From Oxalobacter sp. (GTDB taxonomy: Bacteria > Pseudomonadota > Gammaproteobacteria > Burkholderiales > Burkholderiaceae_D): DNA of 64,000 bases. A program made the translations under genes and the position numbers. Where the stretch lies: contig JAZUNA010000041.1 in assembly GCA_045603905.1 (NCBI GenBank), forward strand, positions 3,000-66,999, in the 5' to 3' direction. The notes beneath the pieces were generated by a model that saw only the letters and a program-made list of their open reading frames with translations, was not told the DNA's origin and did no database searches. Below are positions 20,664 through 30,331 of this stretch, in pieces. Numbering within the stretch: the stretch's first letter is position 1; each line of letters begins with the position of its first letter.

Positions 20664-22109
20664 TCATTCTTTAAGTTCAGAAGAGGTGACGTAGCCTCCT
20701 CCTAATGCTTTGATCAATGCAACATCTAAAATAAATGATCGTGAGTGCAAATCACTTTGCGCTCTCATATTGTTTAACAATATTTCTTCAGCCGCTAAAA
20801 CTTCGATGTAGTTAGAAAGTCCGCCGTTATAACGATTATTGACAATACGGTGTGCTTCTTTTGCAGCTTCTACAGCTTCATCTATTTTGGCTATTTGTTT
20901 TTCAAGTGCTTTTTGACTGGTTGCTGCATCGGCAACTTGTTGTAAAGCTTGTGTTACAGTCTGGTTGTAATTGCCAATTGCTTCTTCCATTTCTGCTTGT
21001 GCTACAAAAAGTTGAGCTCTTAGACGACCGCCATTAAAAATAGGCAGGGAAATAGCCGGACCAACTGCACCAAAATCAGCTCCTGAGCTTCCTAAGTGAT
21101 TGATGCCGAGCGCTTGAAGTCCTATAAAAGCTGACAAATTAACATTAGGATAAAACTCTGCTTTTCTTTGGTCTATTGTTCTAATTGTTGACTCTACCCG
21201 TTTTTTTGCAGCAACAATATCAGGGCGTCGTCCAAGCAAATCGAGTTGCAGTTGTTGAGGAAGACCAATGCTTTTATCGAGATTTAGATTAGGTCGAGAA
21301 ATACTTAAGCCTCTATCTGGTCCTGCTCCAACGAGTGCAGCTAGTTTGTTTTTTTGCAGTGTTATTAATTCCTCTATTTCAAGTAAGTCTTCTTCTGCAG
21401 CAGACAATCTGGCTTTTTCCTGACGTACACTTGCCAAGGTTTCCATACCTTCTCTATAACGATTTTGGAAAAGTTGCAGATTTTTATTACGTACATCAAT
21501 TGCTGCTATAGCGGTATCTTGAGCTGCATATAAACGAGCTAATTCACCATAGGTTGATGCAATGGAAGTAGTTAGCATCAATTTGGCTTCAGCCTGATCT
21601 GCTTTTGCGGCTTCTGCTGCAGATGTTGCAGCTTCTAATGCAGCTCGATTTTTCCCCCAGAAATCAATTTCCCAACTAAAGTCCAAGGTGGCGTCACCAT
21701 AATCCCTCCATCCACGTACTGCATTTTTTCCTGCTGAAGATTGATAGCTTTGTTTTTCAACTGAAACAGATGCATTGGCATTGATGTCAGGGTAAAGCGC
21801 AGAACCAGCAAGGGATTGTATGGATAAAGCCCGTTTTAATCTCGCTTCAGCAATTGTCATGCTAGGAGAGTTAGCTAAACCCTCTTCTATTAATTGATTT
21901 AATTGTGAGTCTTGATAAGTAAGCCACCACGTATTTTCTGGCCAGTAAGAAACATTTCCTTGTAATGTCTTTTCGCTTACATAGGTCTCAATAGGTTTAA
22001 TATCTGCCTGATTTTCAAGTTCCGGCATCCAAGCACAGTTACTTAAAAAAGTAATGCTTGATACAAGTAGTGCATATCGCAGAAGATATCTACACGGTGA
22101 TCGTTTCAT
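20664..22109 (-). CDS. NodT/OprM-family outer membrane efflux lipoprotein
   Basis: LSNC lipobox-like motif, WW..YQDSQL, SWEIDFWG, LLGRRPDI, SLPIFNGGRL, LIKALGGG; start at MKRSP (22109) preferred. Confidence 0.9.
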   Translation of the reverse strand: MKRSPCRYLLRYALLVSSITFLSNCAWMPELENQADIKPIETYVSEKTLQGNVSYWPENTWWLTYQDSQLNQLIEEGLANSPSMTIAEARLKRALSIQSLAGSALYPDINANASVSVEKQSYQSSAGKNAVRGWRDYGDATLDFSWEIDFWGKNRAALEAATSAAEAAKADQAEAKLMLTTSIASTYGELARLYAAQDTAIAAIDVRNKNLQLFQNRYREGMETLASVRQEKARLSAAEEDLLEIEELITLQKNKLAALVGAGPDRGLSISRPNLNLDKSIGLPQQLQLDLLGRRPDIVAAKKRVESTIRTIDQRKAEFYPNVNLSAFIGLQALGINHLGSSGADFGAVGPAISLPIFNGGRLRAQLFVAQAEMEEAIGNYNQTVTQALQQVADAATSQKALEKQIAKIDEAVEAAKEAHRIVNNRYNGGLSNYIEVLAAEEILLNNMRAQSDLHSRSFILDVALIKALGGGYVTSSELKE

Positions 22110-22132
22110 AGAAAAAAATTTTTTATCATTTT

Positions 22133-22165
22133 TAAAATTGGACCGTACTGTACAGTTCAATTTTA
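22133..22165. promoter_or_regulatory. Probable TetR operator palindrome
   Basis: TAAAATTGGACCGTAC-T-GTACAGTTCAATTTTA (14/16 symmetric) between the divergent efflux operon and tetR. Confidence 0.75.
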
Positions 22166-22213
22166 TACTAAAATATATGAAAGTCAAATGTACCAGCAGT
22201 GAAAATAAATATT

Positions 22214-22885
22214 ATGACTACAAAAACAAAAAGTAAAAAAAGACAAGTTATTTTGAATGTGGCTATCGAGGTTTTCAGAGAAATGGGCTTTCATAATGCT
22301 TCAATGAATATCATTGCAGCTAGAGTTGGCGGTTCCAAATCGACTTTATATAACCACTTCCCTTCTAAAGAAGCTATTTTTTTGGAAGTGATACGTCATT
22401 TTACTCAAATACAAAGTCAAGAAACGAATTCTGGCAATAATTCCAATTTAAGAATTTTGACTGAAACTGCCCAAAATTATATAGAAACAGCTTTTCGTTT
22501 ATTACAAGAGCCGTTAACAGATATTCGAAGTACCTTGCTTCATTTTGGTGAAAATTATCTTAGTTTTTTGTACATGCCAGAAGTTCTCACTATTCGACGC
22601 TTACTGATTGCTGGATCAAGAGAATATGAGATGGGAGAATTTTATTATGAGGCGGGACTAAAAAAATCTTTGATGAGAATTTCTTCTTATCTTGAAAAAG
22701 CTATAAACGCTGATCAATTAAAAAAAGCAGATCCTTTTATTGCCGCATCGCATTTGAGAAGCCTTTTAGAAGCAGAATGTTATGAAAATTATTTTTACAA
22801 TAAAGGGAAAATACTTTTACCAGAGCGAATTAAAGAAATCGTGAATAATGCAGTTTCTGTTTTTTTAGCTGCTTATGGAAAATAA
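22214..22885 (+). CDS. TetR/AcrR-family regulator
   Basis: GFHNASMNIIAARVGGSKSTLYNHFPSKE HTH; divergent from the efflux operon. Confidence 0.93.
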   Translation: MTTKTKSKKRQVILNVAIEVFREMGFHNASMNIIAARVGGSKSTLYNHFPSKEAIFLEVIRHFTQIQSQETNSGNNSNLRILTETAQNYIETAFRLLQEPLTDIRSTLLHFGENYLSFLYMPEVLTIRRLLIAGSREYEMGEFYYEAGLKKSLMRISSYLEKAINADQLKKADPFIAASHLRSLLEAECYENYFYNKGKILLPERIKEIVNNAVSVFLAAYGK

Positions 22886-22892
22886 ATTGCTA

Positions 22893-23276
22893 TTAATGAG
22901 TTTCTATTAATTCAATTCGATACCCATCTGGATCTTCAAGAAATGCAATAACAAGAGTTCCGCCTTTGACTGGACCTGGTTCTCTTGTAATTTTGACTCC
23001 TTTTTCGCGAATACGGTCACACATGGCATAAATATCATTTGTACCAATTGCAATGTGACCATACGCAGTTCCCATTTCATATTCACTGACACCGTAATTC
23101 CATGTTAGTTCCAGTTCTGCATGATCAGGATTACTGCCATAACCTAAATAAGCTAAGGTGTATTGAAACTCAGGGTTATCTTTTGTTCTGAGCAAAGTCA
23201 TACCAAGTACATTGGTATAAAAGTCGATAGAACGTTGCAGGTCCCCTACTCTTATCATGGTATGAAGAATACGCAT
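22893..23276 (-). CDS. gloA: Lactoylglutathione lyase (glyoxalase I)
   Basis: [39 protein letters not shown]. Confidence 0.96.
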   Translation of the reverse strand: MRILHTMIRVGDLQRSIDFYTNVLGMTLLRTKDNPEFQYTLAYLGYGSNPDHAELELTWNYGVSEYEMGTAYGHIAIGTNDIYAMCDRIREKGVKITREPGPVKGGTLVIAFLEDPDGYRIELIETH

Positions 23277-23317
23277 TAAATTTCTTTCAAAAAGTTTATA
23301 AGAGAAAATTGGAGACT

Positions 23318-23851
23318 TTATTCCCCAATCCAGTCGGGATCTTTTGTCCAAACTGCTTTTTTTTCTGTTAATGAGAGTGGTACATCGAGTATTCGCTGAT
23401 TTTCAGAGCCACGAAAACGAAGTGACAAGCGTCTTTTTTTCATTATAAAAGGACCATCAATAAGAATATCTGCGTAAGACAGTAAAGCAAGCATATCAGG
23501 GTCATTATCCTGAATGATTTCTTCAAAGGTATAACCGGTATAAATGGCTAAATCGAGATTTTCTTCCTTAATTAATTTTGCTAATGGCAAAAGCGCTTTT
23601 GATTGAATTAAAGGCTCTCCCCCACTGAAGGTAACACCAGTTAATAGAGGATTTTTGCGTATTTTGGAAATTAAGTCGTTAACGCTATAAAGTGTTCCGC
23701 CATTCAATGGAATAGCTTGCGGATTATGGCAACCAACACAAGACCGTGGGCAGCCTTGCGTAAATAAGGCAAGGCGTAACCCCGGACCATCTGTTATGGA
23801 ATCATTGACTATGCCAGCGACACGAATCGTATCAGACGTTATGTTTGACAC
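23318..23851 (-). CDS. nrdG: Anaerobic RNR activating enzyme (radical SAM)
   Basis: [32 protein letters not shown]; probable GTG start overlapping the end of nrdD, with GAGG upstream. Confidence 0.94.
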   Translation of the reverse strand: MSNITSDTIRVAGIVNDSITDGPGLRLALFTQGCPRSCVGCHNPQAIPLNGGTLYSVNDLISKIRKNPLLTGVTFSGGEPLIQSKALLPLAKLIKEENLDLAIYTGYTFEEIIQDNDPDMLALLSYADILIDGPFIMKKRRLSLRFRGSENQRILDVPLSLTEKKAVWTKDPDWIGE

Positions 23852-26153
23852 GTTCGGATTCCTCTGCTCGTTTGGCATTATTAAAGCGATCTAATGTACC
23901 AACCAAGTAACCTGTAATACGGCGAATGCGTTCGAATTTTGGATGTGCATCCTCATTTCTGCCACATTTTGGACAGACATCCTCAATAATGCCGTTATAA
24001 CCACAAACTGGATCCCTATCTACAGGATGGTTAATTGATCCATATCCAATTCCAGCTTCTTTCATTGCTCGAACTACTTTTTCAAATGCTTTCATGTTAT
24101 TGGAAGCATTACCATCCAATTCCACGTAAGAAATATGACCAGCAGCTGTTAGTGCATGATAAGGTGCTTCAATTTGGATTTTCTCATAAGCTGATATTGG
24201 GAAATACACAGGAACATGGAAACTGTTTGTATAGTATTCACGATCGGTAACACCCTCAATGACACCAAATTTTTTCTTGTCCATTCTAATGAAACGACCA
24301 GATAATCCTTCTGCAGGTGTGGCAAGTAAGGAGAAGTTCAAACCATGTTCTTGTGACATTCTGTCAAGGAAATCTTTCATAAAGCCGATAATTTCCAATC
24401 CCAAGTTACGGGATTCTATGGATTCACCATGGTGTTTACCAGTTAAAGCTACCAGTGTTTCTGCCAAACCAATAAATCCAATGGATAGTGTGCCATGTTT
24501 TAAGACTTCACCGATTTTATCATTTGGACCTAATTTATCAGATCCAATCCAGATACCTTGTCCCATCAGGAATGGGAAATTTTTAACTTTTTTGTTTGAT
24601 TGAATTTTGAAGCGGTCTAAAAGTTGTTTTGCAACCAACTCCATTTTACGTTCCAGTTCATCAAAGAACCAGTCAATATTTTTATTACTATTTAAAGCGA
24701 TTCTTGGCAGATTAATGGAAGTAAAACTGAGGTTCCCCCGACCAAATGCAATTTCATTTTCCGGATCATAGGAATTACCCATAACACGGGTACGACAGCC
24801 CATATAAACAGCTTCTGTTTCAGGTCTTCCCGGGCGGTAATAATGCAAATTAAATGGTGCATCCAAAAAGGCGAAGTTAGGGAACAATCTTTTTGCACTG
24901 ACTCTGCAAGCCAATTGGAAAAGATCATAATTTGGATCGCCTGGGTTGTAATTGACGCCCTCTTTAACTTTGAAAATGTTGATTGGGAAAATAGCGGTTT
25001 CACCATTACCCAAACCAGCTTCTGTAGCCAACATGATGTTACGAATAACCATACGACCTTCTGGTGAGGTATCCGTACCGTAATTAATGCTTGAAAATGG
25101 TGTTTGTGCGCCGGCGCGACTGTGCATGGTATTTAAGTTATGCACAAGGGCTTCCATAGCTTGATGAACATCCCTGTCTGTTTCTGCTTCTGCACTTTCT
25201 TGAGCAAAAGATTGGATAGCAGATAAGACAGCCTTATCTTTTACGATATCAGAAAAAACTTCGGTTTCTTTTGCACGAAAATCGTCAGTCATCGCCAGGC
25301 TTGGATAAAAACCAAACTCGGTTTCAATTTGTTGGTATTTTTCTTTAACTTCTTCTTTGGTTATGGTGAGAGTTGGCGCAAGAAGTTTGAGTGCTTTGAA
25401 AAAATTCGACACATAGTTTTTCTTGTAGGATTTTTGCACACCGGGTGCTAAACCATAATCGAAGTTCGGTATGCTTTGCCCACCATGCTGATCATTTTGG
25501 TTAGATTGAATGGCAATACAAGCTAAAGCAGCATAGCTTTGAATACTATTAGGCTCTCTTAGATTTCCATGACCGGTAGAAAAACCACCCTCAAAGAGTT
25601 TTTTAATATCAATTTGGCAGCAAGTGGTTGTTAATGTATAAAAATCAAAGTCATGAATATGGATGTCCCCTTCTGAATGCGCTTTGGCTTGTTGTTGTGT
25701 CAGGACAAAGTTTTCATAATAATCTTTGGCACTTTCTGAACCATATTTCAGCATTACACCCATTGCGGTGTCACCGTCAATATTAGCGTTGTCACGTTTA
25801 ATATCACTGGCAGTTGCATCTTTGTGGGTTAGCTCGTCAAAAATACGCATTAAATTGGTATTTCTTGCTCGAATTCTACTGCGTTCAGAACGATAAAGAA
25901 TATATTTTTTAGCTACATAAGCGTAGCCATTATCCATAAGAACAGTTTCAACCGTATCTTGAATATCTTCAATACTTGGAGAAGTTTCTTTGAAGATTAA
26001 ACTGAGCTTTTGCTCAACGCTTTCAGCAAGACGCATGCTTTCTTTTTCACTTCCACGGTTGCATGCGGTGAGTGCTTTATTAATAGCGTCAGCAATTTTT
26101 TTTATATCATACGGAACCAAACGACCATCCCTTTTCTGGATGGTTTTAAACAT
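23832..26153 (-). CDS. nrdD: Class III anaerobic ribonucleoside-triphosphate reductase
   Basis: N-terminal ATP cone (IQKRDG), TTTCCQ, YMGCRT, ATPAEG, CPKCG, RIRRITGYL glycyl-radical loop. Confidence 0.96.
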   Translation of the reverse strand: MFKTIQKRDGRLVPYDIKKIADAINKALTACNRGSEKESMRLAESVEQKLSLIFKETSPSIEDIQDTVETVLMDNGYAYVAKKYILYRSERSRIRARNTNLMRIFDELTHKDATASDIKRDNANIDGDTAMGVMLKYGSESAKDYYENFVLTQQQAKAHSEGDIHIHDFDFYTLTTTCCQIDIKKLFEGGFSTGHGNLREPNSIQSYAALACIAIQSNQNDQHGGQSIPNFDYGLAPGVQKSYKKNYVSNFFKALKLLAPTLTITKEEVKEKYQQIETEFGFYPSLAMTDDFRAKETEVFSDIVKDKAVLSAIQSFAQESAEAETDRDVHQAMEALVHNLNTMHSRAGAQTPFSSINYGTDTSPEGRMVIRNIMLATEAGLGNGETAIFPINIFKVKEGVNYNPGDPNYDLFQLACRVSAKRLFPNFAFLDAPFNLHYYRPGRPETEAVYMGCRTRVMGNSYDPENEIAFGRGNLSFTSINLPRIALNSNKNIDWFFDELERKMELVAKQLLDRFKIQSNKKVKNFPFLMGQGIWIGSDKLGPNDKIGEVLKHGTLSIGFIGLAETLVALTGKHHGESIESRNLGLEIIGFMKDFLDRMSQEHGLNFSLLATPAEGLSGRFIRMDKKKFGVIEGVTDREYYTNSFHVPVYFPISAYEKIQIEAPYHALTAAGHISYVELDGNASNNMKAFEKVVRAMKEAGIGYGSINHPVDRDPVCGYNGIIEDVCPKCGRNEDAHPKFERIRRITGYLVGTLDRFNNAKRAEESERVKHNV

Positions 26154-26196
26154 TCTTTCGGTTCCCCTAATAATCTGACTGATTGCAGGAGCGTTT

Positions 26197-26263
26197 TTTA
26201 CGATATCTAGCATATTCTTATTTCCCGAAATTAATTGTTATTTTTCATTCATTATATCTGGGA
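26197..26263. promoter_or_regulatory. Candidate NrdR boxes
   Basis: TTTACGATATCTAGCA (26197-26212) and the weaker TTCATTATATCTGGGA (26248-26263) resemble acaCwAtATaTwGtg upstream of nrdD. Confidence 0.5.
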
Positions 26264-26372
26264 TTTTAAAAAGCTTCAGGGACTACACATTTTTTGCTAA
26301 AACCCTTTATTCATGCGGATTTCAAGAGAATTGTCATTTTGTCACCCCTCTGTAAAACGGCATAAAACCGTC

Positions 26373-26416
26373 ATTATGATAAAAATGAAAAATTTAACTT
26401 TCTTGATCTAGGTCAA
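26373..26416 (-). promoter_or_regulatory. FNR-type box with -10 element (class II anaerobic promoter for nrdDG)
   Basis: TTGAT-CTAG-GTCAA at 26403-26416 (one mismatch from TTGAT-N4-ATCAA); CATAAT on the minus strand at 26378-26373 places the box near -42. Confidence 0.7.
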
Positions 26417-26529
26417 TTAATTTGAGTGTCTTGAGATTGTTTTTTGATGGGGAGAATTCAGGAAGACTTTTGTTTGTAAGCAATGTAATCGTTTTTTCTA
26501 AAAATATTCCAACAATTCGATTGTTTTAA

Positions 26530-26762
26530 TCAAATAATGGGTGCTCGTGTATCTAGTTTAGGAGTTTGGGATTCTGTTTTATTACAAAATAATTCACTTG
26601 CTTTTTCTATGGGTAGTTCACTATAGATGTCCATTAATTTCAGCGGATATTTCACGAATGCGTTCAAAACTCCCTTGATCGAATATAAGTGTGTCCGCAT
26701 TGTGCAATAAATTGCAATTCTTTTGCCCACATTAACCAAATTAAGCTTTTATCTTTATTCAT
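26530..26762 (-). pseudogene. Frameshifted remnant of a Nudix hydrolase with Nudix_N domain (ADP-ribose pyrophosphatase/YjhB-like)
   Basis: Three frames give WLMWAKELQFIAQCGHTY / IFDQGSFERIREISAE / ELPIEKASELFCNKTESQTPKLDTRA, the family N-terminal signature; the Nudix box is absent. Confidence 0.8.
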
Positions 26763-26936
26763 TATTTTTTAACATTTATCATTTATAAATCTTAAACTTT
26801 TTGTATCAGAAACAACTTTTTATATTTATAATCTACTTTTAATATAATTTGTAACTCATTATATTTAATTTATTTTTTATTTTTTTAAAGTTTTTTGTAA
26901 TACCAACTTCTCTATAGAAATAAATAAGTACTTTAA

Positions 26937-28160
26937 ATGACTATGTCCCAAACTGTTGAAACAAAAAAGTACCAGTTCACGGATATGCTTTCGCATATTT
27001 GGTTTCCTTTTGCAATTAGTGTTGTTGCTGGTTACATGTTTATGAGTTTAGCGCCATTGACATACCAGTTTATGACACTTTTTGATGTAGGTTATGCAGG
27101 TCTGTCTCTTTTCTTAAGCAGTTTGTTGTGGGCTCATGCTTTGATTCAACTTCCAGCTGGCTTAATGTTGGATCGTTTAGGCATTTATAAAGGATTTTTG
27201 ATTGCCATTATTCTTGCTTTATTTGCCAATATTTTGCCTTTTGCCGCACCTAATAGTCTTGGTATAGCAACGATACTTCGTTTTTTTGCTGGATTAAGTA
27301 CAGGAATCATGTTTTTGGCTGGGGTAAAGATTACCGGTATGATGGTGCCAAAAGAAAAGATGGCACAAGCTCAAGGTGTACAAGGAGCGGCTTTCAGTCT
27401 GGGTATTATGCTCCCCTATGTTACCCTACCCTATTTGGGTAACGAGGCCTGGCGCTTTTCCTATGGCATTCCAGTCATACTTTCAGTTTTCCTTGTTCTT
27501 ATCTCATTAAAGTTACCTGCCTCTATTCGTCAATCTGGAAATAGTTCTCTTGTAAAAGCAAGTGATTTATGGCGTGCTATTTGCATGATTTCCACTTCTC
27601 TTCCTATTTGGATGCTGGGTATTTTTCATGGATTTTCCTATGGCACACTCAATAATTTAGGTCAGTGGTTACCATCCATTCTTGCTGATATAGATGGACA
27701 GGGTCATGTTGCAGCATGGAGTTTGGGAACAGCTGTTGTACTTTTGGTTGGAACGATGGCACGTGCGTTTGCCGGCATCTTTTTACGCTGGTGCTCTCGT
27801 AGTTTCATGACCAATATCGCTGTTTTACTTATTGCTGTTTTATATATCGCTTTAGGATTAATGGGAAATCCTTGGGTTGGATTAGCTGTTGGCGTTGTTT
27901 TAGCCTGGCTGGGAGGCTCTAATTATGGTTCTATTTTCAGTCTAACTGGTCAAAGTGTTTCTCCTGCTTATATGGCTACAGCTTCCGGTTTTATGAATTT
28001 GATTGCCAACATCACAAGTGTTCTTTTAACGGTATTTTTTGGAACCGTAAGAGAATATTCTGGTAGTTTTAGTTGGGCTTTATGTGCAGCTGGTATTGTT
28101 GCATTAATATTTTGGGTGGTTGGGTATCGAATTATTCATAAAATGGATCATCCAAACTAA
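26937..28160 (+). CDS. MFS transporter
   Basis: About 12 TM; QLPAGLMLDRLG motif A; LRFFAG. Confidence 0.88.
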   Translation: MTMSQTVETKKYQFTDMLSHIWFPFAISVVAGYMFMSLAPLTYQFMTLFDVGYAGLSLFLSSLLWAHALIQLPAGLMLDRLGIYKGFLIAIILALFANILPFAAPNSLGIATILRFFAGLSTGIMFLAGVKITGMMVPKEKMAQAQGVQGAAFSLGIMLPYVTLPYLGNEAWRFSYGIPVILSVFLVLISLKLPASIRQSGNSSLVKASDLWRAICMISTSLPIWMLGIFHGFSYGTLNNLGQWLPSILADIDGQGHVAAWSLGTAVVLLVGTMARAFAGIFLRWCSRSFMTNIAVLLIAVLYIALGLMGNPWVGLAVGVVLAWLGGSNYGSIFSLTGQSVSPAYMATASGFMNLIANITSVLLTVFFGTVREYSGSFSWALCAAGIVALIFWVVGYRIIHKMDHPN

Positions 28161-28228
28161 CCCGTTTTTCTGTAATCGTTTTCTATTGATAAAATAGTCA
28201 TTATTGTTTTTATATAGGAGTGTATTAA

Positions 28229-28474
28229 ATGACAAAGCAGTTCAAAGAAGGTGTAACTTACACTGGAGAGATGATGCACGGTAGTTGTCAAAGCTGGCAC
28301 TCAAACAGTATTACCGTATTGAAAAGAGAAGATGCCTCTATAACCTATCACGAAAATTATGGTCAAAATAAAGGCAAAGTATGTACAGCAACCATTGAAA
28401 AATTGGATGACTGGGGTGAATACATTGAAATTGGTGAAGATCGTTTTTTTGCTTATTCCGTAGAAAACGGTTAA
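28229..28474 (+). CDS. Hypothetical 81-aa protein
   Basis: AGGAG RBS; plausible composition; 24 nt before ybaK. Confidence 0.7.
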   Translation: MTKQFKEGVTYTGEMMHGSCQSWHSNSITVLKREDASITYHENYGQNKGKVCTATIEKLDDWGEYIEIGEDRFFAYSVENG

Positions 28475-28498
28475 TTTTTAATTTGATGTTTTAAAAAT

Positions 28499-28978
28499 AT
28501 GACGCCTGCTATTTTGCTTTTAAAAAAGAATAAGATCGCTTATACCTTGCACGAATACGAACATAGTAGTGATGAGCGGCACTTTGGTGATGAAGCAGTT
28601 AGAAAATTAGGTGTTAACGGAGATCAGTTTTTTAAAACCCTTTTGGTCTCCTTAAATGGCAATCCAAAAGATCTCGTCGTAGCCGTTGTTCCCGTTCCAA
28701 TGCAATTGGATTTAAAAAAGGTGGCAAAAGCTTTTTCTGCTAAAAAAGCAGAAATGGCTGATCCTCAAATGGCACAACGTACGACGGGTTATTTAGTCGG
28801 CGGAATTAGTCCTTTAGGACAGAAAAAACTATTACCAACCGTTGTTGACACAAATGCCATGCATTTCCCAACTATATTCATTTCAGGCGGAAAGCGCGGA
28901 TTAAGCATCGAACTTTCAGCTGAAGATTTGAATAAACTGACAAAATCAACTATTGCGTCTATAGCAAAGGATGCGTAA
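28499..28978 (+). CDS. ybaK: Cys-tRNA(Pro) deacylase YbaK
   Basis: [39 protein letters not shown]. Confidence 0.95.
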   Translation: MTPAILLLKKNKIAYTLHEYEHSSDERHFGDEAVRKLGVNGDQFFKTLLVSLNGNPKDLVVAVVPVPMQLDLKKVAKAFSAKKAEMADPQMAQRTTGYLVGGISPLGQKKLLPTVVDTNAMHFPTIFISGGKRGLSIELSAEDLNKLTKSTIASIAKDA

Positions 28979-29068
28979 TCGCAAATTTTATCCCAAGTGC
29001 TTTAAAAACGATTTTTTAGGAAATTTGTAGGCTACAAATCTTTTCTTTAGCTTATCTTATCAAATAAA

Positions 29069-29099
29069 AAAGCGAGTATGTTTTTGTCATACTCGCTTT
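29069..29099. terminator. Bidirectional terminator
   Basis: AAAGCGAGTATG-N7-CATACTCGCTTT between the convergent ybaK and porin remnant. Confidence 0.8.
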
Positions 29100-29146
29100 A
29101 GGTTGTTTTGAAGTTATCAGCTTAGAATAACTTCTTAAGTCCTAAA

Positions 29147-29976
29147 TTAGAACTTGTGGGTCATACCAACTTGTACTGCAGTGGTACTTTCTTGCCCGCT
29201 TCCACCGTAGTATTCATTTACACCTTCGTTATCCCAATCAGTGTAAGCCACCTGTCCATAAACAGATGTCCGTTTGGACAGATTATAGGTGTAATCGACA
29301 GAGTACTTCATGATATCGCTATCGCCAACAGTCTTACCGTAGTATGTTGGTTTAGTACCATCAATAACGTTTCTTAGGTCATCCAAAGATACACGTTGTA
29401 CTGCTGCATCAAATTGACCAGGACCGATATCCCATTCTAAACCGAGCAACCAAGACTCTTGTTCACTTGATGTTGGTGCAAAGCTGGTGTTGGAGAAAGG
29501 TAAATCATATGCACTAGAACCACCTGCTTTGTAACCTTCATCCTTGGTTTTTTCATAGGACAACATCACACGTACGTTATCCCATTTGTATGCAACACCA
29601 ATGTTCCATACGCTGGAATCATTAGAATCTGCTACACGGCTCCAGTTAGCAGTTGCCATCCATGGACCATTGTCATAGGACAGATTGATACCATAACCAT
29701 CGTTGGAGTATGCTTTTCCAACCCACATTAATTGATCGGGGGCGGTCTAGGACGATTTGGAGTGGAAACGAAATCACCATTGTACCAATCTTTATCTTCG
29801 GTATCGTTACCCAAGGAGTAGCTCAAGCCAACAGATAAACCTGCCCATTTTTACGTCGCTACCGTTTTGTTTGATGTAACCGGTGTCAACTACCCCGTAA
29901 ATGGTGACATTAGATTGAGCATGTGCTACACCGGCTGCTGCGCCGAGTACAGCTAATGCGATTAATGTTTTTTCAT
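29147..29976 (-). pseudogene. Disrupted betaproteobacterial (Gram_neg_porin) outer membrane porin
   Basis: Signal/N-terminus TLIALAVLGAAAGVAHAQSNVTIYGVVD is out of frame with the ATG (A6 run); internal deletion at DVKMG/KWAGLSVGLSYS; second frameshift near 29745; intact C-terminus YNLSKRTSVY...GMTHKF. Confidence 0.88.
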
Positions 29977-30331
29977 TTCAAATTCCCTTTAAAGAGTTTA
30001 TTTAAAACCCGAAAAGCCCTGTCATGACGTATCCGGAAAACCCGACAGAACTCAAACAGATTCCTACAAATGAAATGATAGAGGGGTAAGGAAATGGAAA
30101 TCAAGTAAGATTTTGTTTACAAAGAATATTTTTCTTTTTCTCTGTTGTTTTTTTGCTATTAACTGATAGCAATGCATTTTTAAGGTTAAAGACAGCAAAA
30201 TTGTTGTTTAAAGTAGAATTATGCACTTAAATTGTCAAATAGATATTGCTACTCAGTACGATTTACTCAATCTAAAGATCCTCAAATTCGATGAGGTAAG
30301 ACTATCATATCATTTATATTTTATTTTGAAA

